A DNA stretch of 64,000 bases, taken from positions 152,877 through 216,876 of the IMG/VR virus record IMGVR_UViG_3300021440_000013; one strand, given 5' to 3'. This document shows positions 20,790 to 31,441 of this stretch, in pieces; the first letter of the stretch is position 1; each line of letters starts with the position of its first letter. A program made the translations under genes and the position numbers. The notes beneath the pieces were generated by a model, which saw only the letters and a list, made by a program, of their open reading frames with translations, was not told where the DNA came from and did no database searches.

Positions 20790-23700
20790 ATGAAACCTAT
20801 TTTTAAGGTACTTTATCGGGCAGAGGGTATTCGCTACAGCGATCGGCTTTTGAACCTCCCGCAGTATAAGCTGACGCAGTTTCCACGAGGGTCTCTTTTT
20901 CACAGCGTCGATTACACGCATCTACACCCAGACGTAGAGGCTGCTCAGCCCTATTTCACGGGTTATAGCAAGAAGATCTTGGTTGATCATCTTACGCACT
21001 ATGAGGCTCTTAAAGGCCCCGCTCGCCAAATCACCTTCAACATCAATCAAGCCACACGGACGTGGCGTCAAAGCCACCGTGCTCTCTGGAGTGAGCTTGA
21101 AGCGCCGTATCGTACAGAGCAAAATCCTGACGCACTCATTGTCGTAAACTACGGTTATCTGGACAAAGCCCACATTTACCAAAAGGTGCAGTTGGCAGAA
21201 TATTACCGCTGGTACAATCTCTTTGATACGCTTTACCGAAAAGTCAACGAGATCGCCGCCGTAAGTGATCGTCATCAGTTCTTGTTTTATCCTTTGCCAA
21301 AACTATTACAAGGCCGGGCAATCCTTCAGAAGTTTGAAAAAGAAGGCGAAGGCTCAATTCGAACGGTGTCGTTCTTTGGCCAAGGTGGAGATGCCAGTTA
21401 TCTCTTTTTGGACCTTTGGAAATGGTTAGGTGTTAAGCACCGCGCTAATAGCCTTTTATCACATATCTATCCGAAACATTACGCCAAAGTCAACTTGATC
21501 TTCCAGGGTAGTTCAGGTAATCAAGTTTGGATTAACTTGGGGTATCTGAACAGTTGGATCAAGGGTCAAGAAAACGCAACCGAATTTAACAGTGTCACGC
21601 AGTTTGATGCGGAGTTGATCCAAAAACTCTACCTTCGAATGGCGATGAGTTTGAACTCGGTGGTGACTGAGCCTGAAGTGCTGCCCGATGAAGCGGTTGA
21701 AATCAACCAAAGTGTCCCTGTGCCGAAGGTTTCTGAAGAACCTTCGGCAGGTAGCGTTGACGAAACCAGTCTTGACACCGAGAGCGCGGCGCTTCCCAGT
21801 GACGAAGAAGAGAACCCCAACGCAGGACAATCACTCCTTCGAGTCAACCTTAAAGCAGGCGCTAAAACCGAGGTGGCGGCGCTGGATAAAAAGAGCGATG
21901 AGCTTCCCGTTGAGGACCTCACCAAACTCATGCTCGATGAGCTTGAAAAAGACATGGAGGCACTGGATCGCATCAGTCTTGTTCACCTTAAGAATAGTGG
22001 TGAAAAAATGGATGCGACAGGCGGTCCGGCGGTTGAAATCACGCTGGATAGCCGTAGTGTAAGAGAAGAAGTTTATAAGACACTGAGCGCTGAAGAAGCG
22101 CTTAAGAGCCGTATCCGTGAAGACGCTGAGGCGAATCTCATTACCGCTTCGGATTACCGTAAGTATGAAGAGGCGATCAAAGCGTACCAAGAAAGCCCTG
22201 ATCCTTACGGTGGAAAAGAGCCGCGCATTAAAGCGATGGTGATTAAACCCGAAGAACTCATCATCACTCCCGAAGAAAGTAAGATCGTCTTGACGAGCGC
22301 AACGCCTGACACCACAATGGGTGAAAGCACGCTGAAGACGTTCGATAAGAAATACATTCGAACGGTTCACCGTAAGGACATCTTACAAGCGATCGACGCG
22401 ATCCAAGGAACCGGTGTGGTGATCCGTAACCACGAGGTGGAAATCCGGCATAGCGTCCTAGGTGTGTATGAGCACCACCGACTTGAAATCAAACCGATCG
22501 ATGGTGCGCCGTCCACGCTTCAGTTTACGCTTCCTGTGGTCGAGGAGGACGGCACCTTTACAGCAGGAGGAAACAAATACCTTCTGCGTCGTCAACGGGT
22601 CGACAACGTTATTCGTAAGATCGCGCCTCAGATCGTCTCGCTCTCGACCTATTACGGTAAGACGTTTATTCAAACGTCGCCTAAGATGTCAAGCAGCAGT
22701 CTAGTCTGGCTCTTTAGACAGATTAACCTACAGGCGCTCTCGGGTGAAGGCCTTATCAGAGACGTTAACCCAGGCAATGCGTTTGATAACGATTACACCG
22801 CACCGTACATCTATAACGCACTTGCCAGTGAGTTTGAATCGATGAGCGTCGGAGACATTAAGCTCATCTTCGATCACAAAGCCGCAAGGAAGCTTCTTAA
22901 CGAAGGCCAAGGGTATCCGCGATCTTTGTTTGCAGATGGGGCTGTGTTTTGCGGTGTGGACAGCAAGGGGAATTATATCCGGGTTGACCGCGATAATCAC
23001 TTTCAGCGCTTTAGTGACAAAGGGGTGGAGGAGCTCGGTGATTTTGCCAGCTTGGCTAAGCTGGATGTCGAAAAAGCACCGATCGATTTTGCTGAGATGC
23101 GGGTGTTTTCCAAGTATGTGCCTGTGGGGCTCATCCTTGGCTACTATGTGGGCTTTAAACGCCTTATCGCGCTTCTGGACGAGCCGTACCGTGTGGTTGA
23201 GGGGCGTAAGAATAAAGGCTTGGCGCCTAACGAATACGCGGTAAGTTTCCAGGATGTGAGCTACATCTTTAAAACGACAGACCGCGTTAGCACACTGATC
23301 CTCTCAGGCTTTATGGAGTATGAAAAGATCATCAAGATGTTTGAGGCTAAGGAGTTTGACCATAAAGAAGTCTATCTCAACGTCTTAATGGCGAAGAAGA
23401 TGAGTGCCATCTATGTGCGTGAGCTCGACATGATGGAGTCGGCCTTTATTGATCCGATTAGTCGTGAGATCTTGGCTGAGATGAAAGAGCCGACCAGCTT
23501 TATTCCGCTGCTGGTAAGAGCCGTAGAACTCCTCACTACGTTTGAACACCCTGCATCGCAAGACCGCTCTGCTATGCGTGACCGGGGCTATGAGCGTTTT
23601 GCAGGCACGATCTACAAAGAACTGACCCAGGCGGTTCGGCAGTTTAGGAATAAGAATCTCGTAGGGCGCTCTAAGGTCGATATGAGTCCGTTCCAGATCT

Positions 23701-25151
23701 GGAACGCCTTAATGAAGGACAATTCCTTAAAGATCGTTGAGGACACCAACCCGATCCAGAGTTTAAAAGAACAGGAGGTCATCACCTTTACCGGCACAGG
23801 AGGTCGTAATAAAGACACGATGACCAAAGAGACGCGCGCGTATCACCCGAACGATGTGGGTATTCTGTCTGAGTCGACTGTCGACAGCACCTCTGTGGGG
23901 ACCATCGCGTACCTCTCTGCAAACCCGAACATCAAAAATGTTCGGGGTATCGCAAAAGATGAGAAGGTCTTTAACCCGACGACGATCCTCTCAACCAGCG
24001 CACTTTTATCACCCGCCGCAATGAACGACAATCCCAAGCGTGTTATGTTTATCACCACGCAGCATTCGCATACGATCGGCTCAAGTGGCTATAAGCAACC
24101 TCGACTCCGAACAGGGTATGAGTTTGTGATTGGGAAACGGACTCCGAAGCTCTTCTCTAGCGCGGCTGAAGAAGACGGTGTTGTGCTGAGTATTGCGGAA
24201 AAAGGCATGGTGGTGCGTTATGCCTCAGGTAAAGAAGTAGGTCTTGAATTAGGTCGACTTCACGGTAAAGCAGAAGGAACGGTGTACCCTCATGATCTCG
24301 TCACCTCTTTAGCAGTCGGTGCTAAGTTTAAAGCAGGCGATATTCTTAGCTATAACACCAAGTTCTTTGAGCCTGATTTTATAAACCCCAAAGAAGTGGT
24401 GCTAAAAGTGAACGATGTCGTCAGAACCGCGTTCATGGAAAACAACTTAACACATGAAGACTCGTGCTCGATTTCTCAGAGCCTGGGTAAGCGTTTTGAA
24501 ACCGAGGTGATGAAGGTTAAGTCATACGTGGTGAAGTTCCAACAAAACCTTCTCGAAGTCATTAAGCTGGGTGCTCGGGTAGACCCAAAGACCGTCTTGA
24601 TGATCATTGAGGATGAGATCACCGCGAACACCGGTGCGTTTAGCGAAGACAGCTTAGCGACACTTAAACGCCTTTCAAATGCTGCGCCTAAGGCTGGCGT
24701 GATGGGTATCGTTGAAAAGATCGAAGTGTTCTATCATGGCGACAAACGTGACATGACGGCGTCGATCAAAAAGCTCGCCGATAAATCCGATCAAGACATG
24801 GCTCAAGCGGCTAAGAGTGTCGGTAAGCCCGTTGTTTCGGGGCGTGTTACCGACGAATATCGCGTGGCGGGTTCTCCGCTTGAACTCGATTACGCTGAAG
24901 TGAAAATCTACATCTCCGTTAAAGCGGGTACGGGCGTAGGTGATAAAGCGGTCTTTGGTCATCAGATGAAGTCGACGATCGCCGAAGTGATGGCCGAACC
25001 GATCCATACCGAAGCGGGTGAGATCGTAGAGGCGACGTTTGGTTACCGCTCTGTGGCTAACCGCGGTGTTCTCTCTCCTTCAATCATTGGCACCACCATC
25101 ACGCTTCTGGATGTGGTGGGTAAGAAAGCGGTTGAGCTTTACGAAGCATAA
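20790..25151 (+). CDS. virion RNA polymerase beta subunit (phiKZ gp178-like)
   Basis: 1453 aa; GGNKYLLRRQRVD, HEDSCSIS, GVGDKAVFGHQMKSTI (beta GDK...H.K motif). Confidence 0.9.
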   Translation: MKPIFKVLYRAEGIRYSDRLLNLPQYKLTQFPRGSLFHSVDYTHLHPDVEAAQPYFTGYSKKILVDHLTHYEALKGPARQITFNINQATRTWRQSHRALWSELEAPYRTEQNPDALIVVNYGYLDKAHIYQKVQLAEYYRWYNLFDTLYRKVNEIAAVSDRHQFLFYPLPKLLQGRAILQKFEKEGEGSIRTVSFFGQGGDASYLFLDLWKWLGVKHRANSLLSHIYPKHYAKVNLIFQGSSGNQVWINLGYLNSWIKGQENATEFNSVTQFDAELIQKLYLRMAMSLNSVVTEPEVLPDEAVEINQSVPVPKVSEEPSAGSVDETSLDTESAALPSDEEENPNAGQSLLRVNLKAGAKTEVAALDKKSDELPVEDLTKLMLDELEKDMEALDRISLVHLKNSGEKMDATGGPAVEITLDSRSVREEVYKTLSAEEALKSRIREDAEANLITASDYRKYEEAIKAYQESPDPYGGKEPRIKAMVIKPEELIITPEESKIVLTSATPDTTMGESTLKTFDKKYIRTVHRKDILQAIDAIQGTGVVIRNHEVEIRHSVLGVYEHHRLEIKPIDGAPSTLQFTLPVVEEDGTFTAGGNKYLLRRQRVDNVIRKIAPQIVSLSTYYGKTFIQTSPKMSSSSLVWLFRQINLQALSGEGLIRDVNPGNAFDNDYTAPYIYNALASEFESMSVGDIKLIFDHKAARKLLNEGQGYPRSLFADGAVFCGVDSKGNYIRVDRDNHFQRFSDKGVEELGDFASLAKLDVEKAPIDFAEMRVFSKYVPVGLILGYYVGFKRLIALLDEPYRVVEGRKNKGLAPNEYAVSFQDVSYIFKTTDRVSTLILSGFMEYEKIIKMFEAKEFDHKEVYLNVLMAKKMSAIYVRELDMMESAFIDPISREILAEMKEPTSFIPLLVRAVELLTTFEHPASQDRSAMRDRGYERFAGTIYKELTQAVRQFRNKNLVGRSKVDMSPFQIWNALMKDNSLKIVEDTNPIQSLKEQEVITFTGTGGRNKDTMTKETRAYHPNDVGILSESTVDSTSVGTIAYLSANPNIKNVRGIAKDEKVFNPTTILSTSALLSPAAMNDNPKRVMFITTQHSHTIGSSGYKQPRLRTGYEFVIGKRTPKLFSSAAEEDGVVLSIAEKGMVVRYASGKEVGLELGRLHGKAEGTVYPHDLVTSLAVGAKFKAGDILSYNTKFFEPDFINPKEVVLKVNDVVRTAFMENNLTHEDSCSISQSLGKRFETEVMKVKSYVVKFQQNLLEVIKLGARVDPKTVLMIIEDEITANTGAFSEDSLATLKRLSNAAPKAGVMGIVEKIEVFYHGDKRDMTASIKKLADKSDQDMAQAAKSVGKPVVSGRVTDEYRVAGSPLELDYAEVKIYISVKAGTGVGDKAVFGHQMKSTIAEVMAEPIHTEAGEIVEATFGYRSVANRGVLSPSIIGTTITLLDVVGKKAVELYEA

Positions 25152-25155
25152 AACC

Positions 25156-25189
25156 TAGACTAGGATGGGCCTAAACCCATCCTAGTCTA
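25156..25189. terminator. intergenic hairpin
   Basis: TAGACTAGGATGGG-CCTAAA-CCCATCCTAGTCTA right after the RNAP stop. Confidence 0.6.
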
Positions 25190-25272
25190 AATCTGATGAA
25201 GACTGCGCTTATCTATTTAAGAAAGGCGTACTTGAACCCTGTTTTATTTCTTTAAAATGGAGAGATGCTAAA

Positions 25273-25473
25273 ATGGCAACTGTTAATGAGAAAACGCATG
25301 AGACGGCCTTGATCCTGGCCAACGTCGGTGCTGTCGCAACTGGTATCGTTAAAAAGATCAGCGGCAACGATATCAGCACTGCGGTAAATGGCTCGCCGGT
25401 GACGGCCGAACTGATCCAGAACCTGGTTTATCGCCGTGTGGCTATCGCGGCTGAAAAAGAACTCAACGCCTAA
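25273..25473 (+). CDS. small hypothetical protein
   Basis: 66 aa, GGAG SD. Confidence 0.65.
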   Translation: MATVNEKTHETALILANVGAVATGIVKKISGNDISTAVNGSPVTAELIQNLVYRRVAIAAEKELNA

Positions 25474-25491
25474 AAGAAGGAGCATCAAGAC

Positions 25492-26994
25492 ATGATTAAA
25501 CGCGAAGTTTATCTGGGCGCAGTTCCTGTTGCCAACGAACTTAAAGAAAAGAACATCCACGTGATCGCGGTCGATGGCTCGCCTTTGGCTGAGCTGCTCG
25601 ATCTGTCAACGAGCATCGTTTCTGTTCAAACGACGGATTTGCCGCGGGTGCTAGCCAATCCGAGTACCCGTAGTGACAATCAAATCTTCAGCGACGAGCA
25701 GCGGGCAGGTGAAGTTGAATCGGTCACGGCTAACTTCGATGGCCAAAGCCAACACTCTTTGAAAGTGGCGGCGCTGGTTGACGACATTGCGCCGTATGTC
25801 ACGAGCCATATTTCTTTGGCACGTAACACGGTGGTGCCGATCATCACGGATCTCTCTAACAAACTTCAAAAGTTTATCGAGACGGCTCGTCCGATCGATC
25901 CGTCCAGTCTTTTCAAGATCAATAAACGCAGCCTGCCAGCTATTTTGCAAGACGAGTCCTTCATGGGTGAAGGACTTGAAAACTACGCCTCGAGTCAACA
26001 TGGCTGGGTGAACTTTAACCTGCGTTTGGAGGTTGTTGAGGATGAGAACTTCTATCTCTCTTTGATGAACCTCTCGAACGATCGGCTTAACACGCTCTTG
26101 GGCGACTGGATCCGTACGCTCGATAAAGACTTTTTGAAAAACGTCTTCTCGGTTAACTTCGGTAACAACGCCATCACTGCTGGGTCAATCGTTCAATACG
26201 CGCTGGGTGAGCCGGGCGCTACGCTTGATGCGTATAACGCTGTGGATATCGCTTTGGCTGTTTACATCATGGGTAACCGCATGATGGTCGATGTCCAGCC
26301 GACGCAAGGCGTGCCTTTGACGAAGTATAAGAGTGAACTACGCGGCGTCATTGATTACGCCGGTACGATCATTCATAAAGCGATGCGTACGATCAAGCGT
26401 CAGTTTGAATCGAACGTGATGGTCTCTCGACTCGTGATGAGTGAGCGCTCGGTGACGGTTAACGCCGCGCTCTATACGTCGTGGTTAGAAAGTGGTGGGT
26501 GCCCAGAAGCGATTCTCGGGATGGTGGCTTCGGGTCAAGTCCAGTACGAAGTCTCTGCGATCGAAGAGAAAAAAGAAGAGCTGTGTCGCTACTGGGAGAA
26601 TTACGTGATGCTCTCCCAGACCAATATTCGTGAAGAACTGCGTAAGCGTTTTGCCGCTTACGCAGAGAGCGAAGTGCTTCAGGGTCTCAGTGAACTCACC
26701 GAGGTGGAAAAAGAATACGTCTCCACGCACTCAAGCCATATGGCCAAGGTCGCTGAAAACGTCAAAGCGGAACTGGCGCACTTTAGCCATCGTTTGATGG
26801 ACGATGTGCCGCATTTGGCGCTACATCTGATCGCACGGGCACGCTTTTACTTCACCTCGAGCTATCTGATCCTTAACGAAATGGTCGAGGTCTCCAAAGC
26901 CAACCCGGACATTGAGCCGCGTGAAGCGGCATTGTTGGCGGTGATCGCCTATATCACCGAATACATGACGACGCAGGTGCGTTTCGTTCGGTAA
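25492..26994 (+). CDS. conserved jumbo-phage protein (phiKZ gp177-like position)
   Basis: 500 aa, AAGGAG SD, between RNAP beta and the protease. Confidence 0.6.
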   Translation: MIKREVYLGAVPVANELKEKNIHVIAVDGSPLAELLDLSTSIVSVQTTDLPRVLANPSTRSDNQIFSDEQRAGEVESVTANFDGQSQHSLKVAALVDDIAPYVTSHISLARNTVVPIITDLSNKLQKFIETARPIDPSSLFKINKRSLPAILQDESFMGEGLENYASSQHGWVNFNLRLEVVEDENFYLSLMNLSNDRLNTLLGDWIRTLDKDFLKNVFSVNFGNNAITAGSIVQYALGEPGATLDAYNAVDIALAVYIMGNRMMVDVQPTQGVPLTKYKSELRGVIDYAGTIIHKAMRTIKRQFESNVMVSRLVMSERSVTVNAALYTSWLESGGCPEAILGMVASGQVQYEVSAIEEKKEELCRYWENYVMLSQTNIREELRKRFAAYAESEVLQGLSELTEVEKEYVSTHSSHMAKVAENVKAELAHFSHRLMDDVPHLALHLIARARFYFTSSYLILNEMVEVSKANPDIEPREAALLAVIAYITEYMTTQVRFVR

Positions 26995-27710
26995 TGAAAC
27001 TCATCCGTAACGCCGGGAAGGTTCTTAACGCACTAACGGATCTTCCCGGTAAACCCGTTATCGCCAAGGAGGCGATCACGATCCAGCTTCCAGTGCGCTT
27101 TAAAGAAGTGGATCTCTGTAAGATAGGTGAGCAGACCTATGCTTATGGGCTATTTGTGATGATCCTTGACTCTGGGGATTACGCGCTCATGAACGTGAAC
27201 GCGTATCTTGAGCTAGGTCCGTCACACGTCGAAATCTCAAAAGTCGATGAGACGGAGTATTACAACTTTCGTTTTGAGGCAGGCGATGTGCTCTTTAGGA
27301 CTAAGGAGCTCGTGTGCCGGGCTAACCTGATCTATAAGGCTATCGAGGAGTTTGTCTTCAAAGGTAAGGCGCCGTGGTACGTTGAATATGAAGACATGGG
27401 TAAGATCTTCGATACCGCCAAGCATCACGCGAAAACCACCGCAAACATCATGCCAACGGTCGTGGAGTTTATGGCGGCTTATATTGCGCGAAAGAAAGAC
27501 GATCGAGTGAAGTTTATTCGAGAAGGCGCAGAGAGCTACGATGATTTTACACGCAAATATCTTGAATGGGTGCCTATGCGTAGCGTCTATTGGTCAGCAC
27601 CTGGCACCGTTAATAAACTAGCAGGCGCCTACTTCTCAGACGGTGTCGTGAGTGCGTTGGTTAATCCAAGCACTAAGACCGAGAATATCGAGGGTATCTT
27701 GAGGGCTTAA
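26994..27710 (+). CDS. conserved jumbo-phage protein (phiKZ gp176-like position)
   Basis: 238 aa, TAATG overlap; GKAPWYVEYED, NKLAGAYF. Confidence 0.6.
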   Translation: MKLIRNAGKVLNALTDLPGKPVIAKEAITIQLPVRFKEVDLCKIGEQTYAYGLFVMILDSGDYALMNVNAYLELGPSHVEISKVDETEYYNFRFEAGDVLFRTKELVCRANLIYKAIEEFVFKGKAPWYVEYEDMGKIFDTAKHHAKTTANIMPTVVEFMAAYIARKKDDRVKFIREGAESYDDFTRKYLEWVPMRSVYWSAPGTVNKLAGAYFSDGVVSALVNPSTKTENIEGILRA

Positions 27711-28478
27711 ATGATGAACGGAAAAGTTTACTTCACGGCAACGAAGTTGTCGATCTTTAAAAAGGAAGGTAAGTTACTTCCTGATGAAAACGGCTACTAC
27801 GAACTGGTGGTAGGTGGGCTTAATACCTACAACAACACTGGGGCGTGGTATTACACCATCGAGGGCGTGCGGGAACTCTTTGGTCCAGGCAGCATCTTGC
27901 ACCGACGTATCGCCAATGGTTGTCTTAGGGCGGAAGTGAATCACCCTAAGCAAAAGCCAGGTGAGTCCGCCGAAGCATTCTTTAATCGGATGCTTGACAT
28001 CGATCTCAATAACACCTGCGCTCACTTTAAGGAAATCTGGCTTGATGAGGAGTTCGGTAAGAAGAACCCTCAGTACAAGAACCCGAACCTGGTGGCGATC
28101 ATGGCGAAGGTGAAGCCAGCGGGCCCCAAGGGCCAGATGCTTCAAGAATCGCTTGATAACCCCAGTGAGAATGTCTGCTTCAGTATCCGTGCTCTGGCTG
28201 ATGAGGGCTATGTTGGTGGTAAGCGTCTGAGGGTATTAAAGGAAGTCGTCACCATCGATTACGTCAATGAAGGTGGAATCGTGGTCGCCTCCAAGTGGGA
28301 TTCTCCCGCCATGGAAAGCATCGATGACAGCGCACTTCTTGAGATCACACTTAAGACCATTGAGAAAGCTAAGGTAGGTGAATCATGTCTTGCTACCGAG
28401 GCTTCTCGTGAACTCGTTGAGTATGTAGAAAAGAAGTATTTCAAAGCGACAAAACCCGCGGTCTGGGCAAACTGGTGA
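27711..28478 (+). CDS. prohead maturation serine protease (phiKZ gp175-like)
   Basis: AEVNHP (His), CFSIRA (Ser), TIDYVNEGGI (Asp). Confidence 0.85.
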   Translation: MMNGKVYFTATKLSIFKKEGKLLPDENGYYELVVGGLNTYNNTGAWYYTIEGVRELFGPGSILHRRIANGCLRAEVNHPKQKPGESAEAFFNRMLDIDLNNTCAHFKEIWLDEEFGKKNPQYKNPNLVAIMAKVKPAGPKGQMLQESLDNPSENVCFSIRALADEGYVGGKRLRVLKEVVTIDYVNEGGIVVASKWDSPAMESIDDSALLEITLKTIEKAKVGESCLATEASRELVEYVEKKYFKATKPAVWANW

Positions 28479-28511
28479 TGATGTGGAGTGACCTAACGTC
28501 ACTCCACATCA
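28479..28511. terminator. intergenic hairpin
   Basis: TGATGTGGAGTGAC-CTAAC-GTCACTCCACATCA. Confidence 0.6.
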
Positions 28512-28544
28512 CGCTGCTCTTTTTAACTTTACCGGGATAACCCT

Positions 28545-28946
28545 ATGAGTGCGCTCACGATTGTTCGTGTTAATGCGCTTCCGCTCCAAACGGAAGCGAA
28601 CACGCTCTATCTCGTAAAGAAAACGGATACCTTATTCGATCTTTACGTCACAAGTTCTGACGGACTCTCTGTTCGTCACGTTGCAACCCAAGAAGACGTT
28701 CTTACCCAAAGCGTTCTCTTTTCTCAAACGCCACCTGCTCTTCCACAGGCTTCCCGTTTGTGGTGGAACACGGTCGAAGGTGTTCTTTACATTCAGTACG
28801 ATGATGGCGATAGCGTAAACTGGGTTGAAGCTAATCCTGCTCCTCTTTACCCGGAATTTGGTGGTACGGGCTCATCGAACACGATGGCGCGTGCTGATCA
28901 CAACCACGACGAGACGTATGTCACGATCGGCATCCATCAGTGGTGA
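28545..28946 (+). CDS. putative fibre-associated structural protein
   Basis: LWWNTVEGVLYIQYDDG...WVEANP and MARADHNH motifs typical of phage fibre proteins. Confidence 0.55.
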   Translation: MSALTIVRVNALPLQTEANTLYLVKKTDTLFDLYVTSSDGLSVRHVATQEDVLTQSVLFSQTPPALPQASRLWWNTVEGVLYIQYDDGDSVNWVEANPAPLYPEFGGTGSSNTMARADHNHDETYVTIGIHQW

Positions 28947-28952
28947 TCAAAG

Positions 28953-30074
28953 ATGCTTAAATTTCCAGTTTCCCCCATTGAAGGTCAGATCTACACGTAC
29001 GACAATGTGCGTAAGTACATTTATTCGGCAGGGCGTTGGAAGGTCTACTCTAACAACTACGTCTTGGCGGTGGAAAACGTTAACTTTGCCAATGAGCCCT
29101 ATGTAGACGCTAAGGTGGGTGCCGAAGCACAGCGGGCTAACCAAGCCATTGCTGAAGGCGATACGGCAACGCTAACCAGTGCCAAAGCCTATGCCGACAC
29201 TAAGATTGTCAACGACCCGAGTGTTTATGAGGCGTTGATTTCTCAAGGTGACGCTGCTACACTGGCGAGCGCTAATGCTCACTCAGATACGCAAGCGGCC
29301 AATGCACTTCAAGCGGCCCAAACCTACTCGGATGCCCTGGTTGCGGGTCAAGACATCAAGAAATCGGTCACGGTTGCAACGACGCAGAACATCGCTTTGT
29401 CTGGTGTGCAAACGATCGACGGCTACGCGTTGTCTGTCGGCAACACGGTCTTGGTTAAAGACCAGGCCAACGGCGCACAAAACGGCATTTATGTCGTGGC
29501 TGCCGGTGCGTGGGCGCGCAGAAATGATGCCGACACCTCTGACAAAGTCACCACGGGTCTTACTGTCACCTCTGAGCAAGGCAGCAGCAATCATGACACC
29601 ACCTGGGTCCTCACGACCAAGGATGTCGTGCTTGGCACTTCACCCCTCTCCTTTACGATCTTTGGCTCGTCGGTCTCGGTTGACAACATCACTTTGCGTA
29701 AAACCGACAACGTTGTGTCGGTGAGTCCTTCGGTTACACCGTACGACATCGGTGCGTATGTGAATGGTAAGCCTAACGCGGCGGATGTCATCACGCGCAT
29801 CATTTGTGTTCGGCCCTTCAATCTTCCGGCTAACCTAACGGGTAGTCACGCCAACGCAAGTACCCCGCCCAGTTTTCCCGCTGTCTTTACCATCAAGAAA
29901 AACGGAGTTTCGATCGGGTCGTTCCAGTTTGCGGCAGGCGCCGGTAGCGCTTCATTTACTTTTGCTGCCCCGGTTTTCTTTGCCACAAACGATCTGATCA
30001 CCGTCCACTCTCCTGACACACAAGACGCTACCCTTGCGGATATCGCCTTTACGTTCATGGGGAATCTTCAGTAA
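28953..30074 (+). CDS. putative tail fibre/decoration protein
   Basis: AKAYADTK-type coiled repeats; VATTQNIALSGVQTIDG...VLVKDQANGAQNGIYVVAAGAWARRNDAD domain. Confidence 0.7.
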   Translation: MLKFPVSPIEGQIYTYDNVRKYIYSAGRWKVYSNNYVLAVENVNFANEPYVDAKVGAEAQRANQAIAEGDTATLTSAKAYADTKIVNDPSVYEALISQGDAATLASANAHSDTQAANALQAAQTYSDALVAGQDIKKSVTVATTQNIALSGVQTIDGYALSVGNTVLVKDQANGAQNGIYVVAAGAWARRNDADTSDKVTTGLTVTSEQGSSNHDTTWVLTTKDVVLGTSPLSFTIFGSSVSVDNITLRKTDNVVSVSPSVTPYDIGAYVNGKPNAADVITRIICVRPFNLPANLTGSHANASTPPSFPAVFTIKKNGVSIGSFQFAAGAGSASFTFAAPVFFATNDLITVHSPDTQDATLADIAFTFMGNLQ

Positions 30075-30083
30075 GGGGGAGGT

Positions 30084-30500
30084 ATGCTCTTTGGAAACTC
30101 AAAGCTCGCCAATAGTCTTCTAAACGCCATCTTAACGGAAGGTGCTTTGTCGACGATGGGTCAGTGCTCCATCTTGGTGTATAAAAACACCATCCCGACT
30201 GATCAAGCAGCACTTAGTTTCGATCCAGCAACACGAAGCGCCGATCTCCTGGGCACGTTTACGAACTCTACGTTCAGTGTTACGGGTAACGCCATCTCAC
30301 TTAAACAGCCGCCCAGCGCCATCACGACGCCTGTGGCCGGCACGGTGACATGGGCGTATATCAAAGGTGCTAATAGCGTTGGCTTTATTGTGGATGTGGG
30401 GTTGGCTGGAAGCTACTCGCCGCTTATCTTAGACAAGCTTGTTTGTACTGCGGGTGGATCTCTAACCGTGGTTGAAGCGGGCATGAGTCTTGTGTTCTAA
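30084..30500 (+). CDS. small virion protein, paralog type A1
   Basis: VYKNTIPTD, AGTVTWA. Confidence 0.6.
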   Translation: MLFGNSKLANSLLNAILTEGALSTMGQCSILVYKNTIPTDQAALSFDPATRSADLLGTFTNSTFSVTGNAISLKQPPSAITTPVAGTVTWAYIKGANSVGFIVDVGLAGSYSPLILDKLVCTAGGSLTVVEAGMSLVF

Positions 30501-30514
30501 GAAGGAGATGTGCT

Positions 30515-30967
30515 ATGTCAGTGATAAAGATAACGGGGTTGTCTAGCGCACTTTTGAATAGTGCGCTCAGACAAAGTCTGGGGATAAACGTGAACGGCTA
30601 TGCTGCGTTTACGGGCATCTACCAAGGCAGCCCGCCCAACATTGTCGATGTGGTTAACAACGTCACCACCTTTAGGGCGAGTGACCTACTCTGGTCTTCT
30701 GAGGGCAGCGCTAACACTGTTCTGCCGCTTGGCTACCAGTTGAATGGTGATGGTTTTTTTTACCCGAAGAAACCCGGTATCGCCGGATGGTTTCTTTGTG
30801 CGGGGATTGATAAAGCGACGCGCAACATCATGTCGTTTATCACTGGGCGTGTTTCTGAAAGCGGTGGTGATGGGGATCTTATACTTTCGAGCACAACACT
30901 CGAAAGTAATAATAAGTATCGTATCCATCAACTCAAACTCAATATCCCGTACTCCTTTACCTACTAG
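30515..30967 (+). CDS. small virion protein, paralog type B1
   Basis: IYQGSPP, FRASDLL, GIAGWF, GGDGDLIL, YRI. Confidence 0.6.
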   Translation: MSVIKITGLSSALLNSALRQSLGINVNGYAAFTGIYQGSPPNIVDVVNNVTTFRASDLLWSSEGSANTVLPLGYQLNGDGFFYPKKPGIAGWFLCAGIDKATRNIMSFITGRVSESGGDGDLILSSTTLESNNKYRIHQLKLNIPYSFTY

Positions 30968-30970
30968 GGG

Positions 30971-31441
30971 GTGTTTTTAATGGCAGTGATTTCAAAATCG
31001 CTAACCGCCGCGTACCTCATATCGCTTAGAAATAAGCTTTTGTTTCCGGTTAATGCGGCGGGTATTAAGCTGTGTATTGGGGAGATGCCGACAGACGCTG
31101 AGATTGAAACCCTCACTCAGTCAAGTAGCCGCATCACCGACAATGTCGCAGTGACGATCAACACCACGGGCCTCACCTCGAAGTTAAAGGATACGGCGTG
31201 GCCGCCCACTTACGCTTCGGACACACTTCCAAGTAACCCCAAGGCGTTGTCTACCAAAGTTGGAAAAATTGGATGGTGTGTTTTTTACCACACCAACCCC
31301 AGCGTGGTAGTTATCGGTGACGTCACGTTAACGAACGGCACCGGACTTGTTAGTGTCGATGCGCTTGACGTGGTTGTAGGCACGCCTGTTACTCTTACCA
31401 ACATCGCCATTCAGGTTAAGAGGTGGAACAGTGAAGCTTAA
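30971..31441 (+). CDS. small virion protein, paralog type A2
   Basis: LCIGEMPTDAEIETLT, GKIGW, VGTPVTLTN. Confidence 0.6.
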   Translation: MFLMAVISKSLTAAYLISLRNKLLFPVNAAGIKLCIGEMPTDAEIETLTQSSSRITDNVAVTINTTGLTSKLKDTAWPPTYASDTLPSNPKALSTKVGKIGWCVFYHTNPSVVVIGDVTLTNGTGLVSVDALDVVVGTPVTLTNIAIQVKRWNSEA

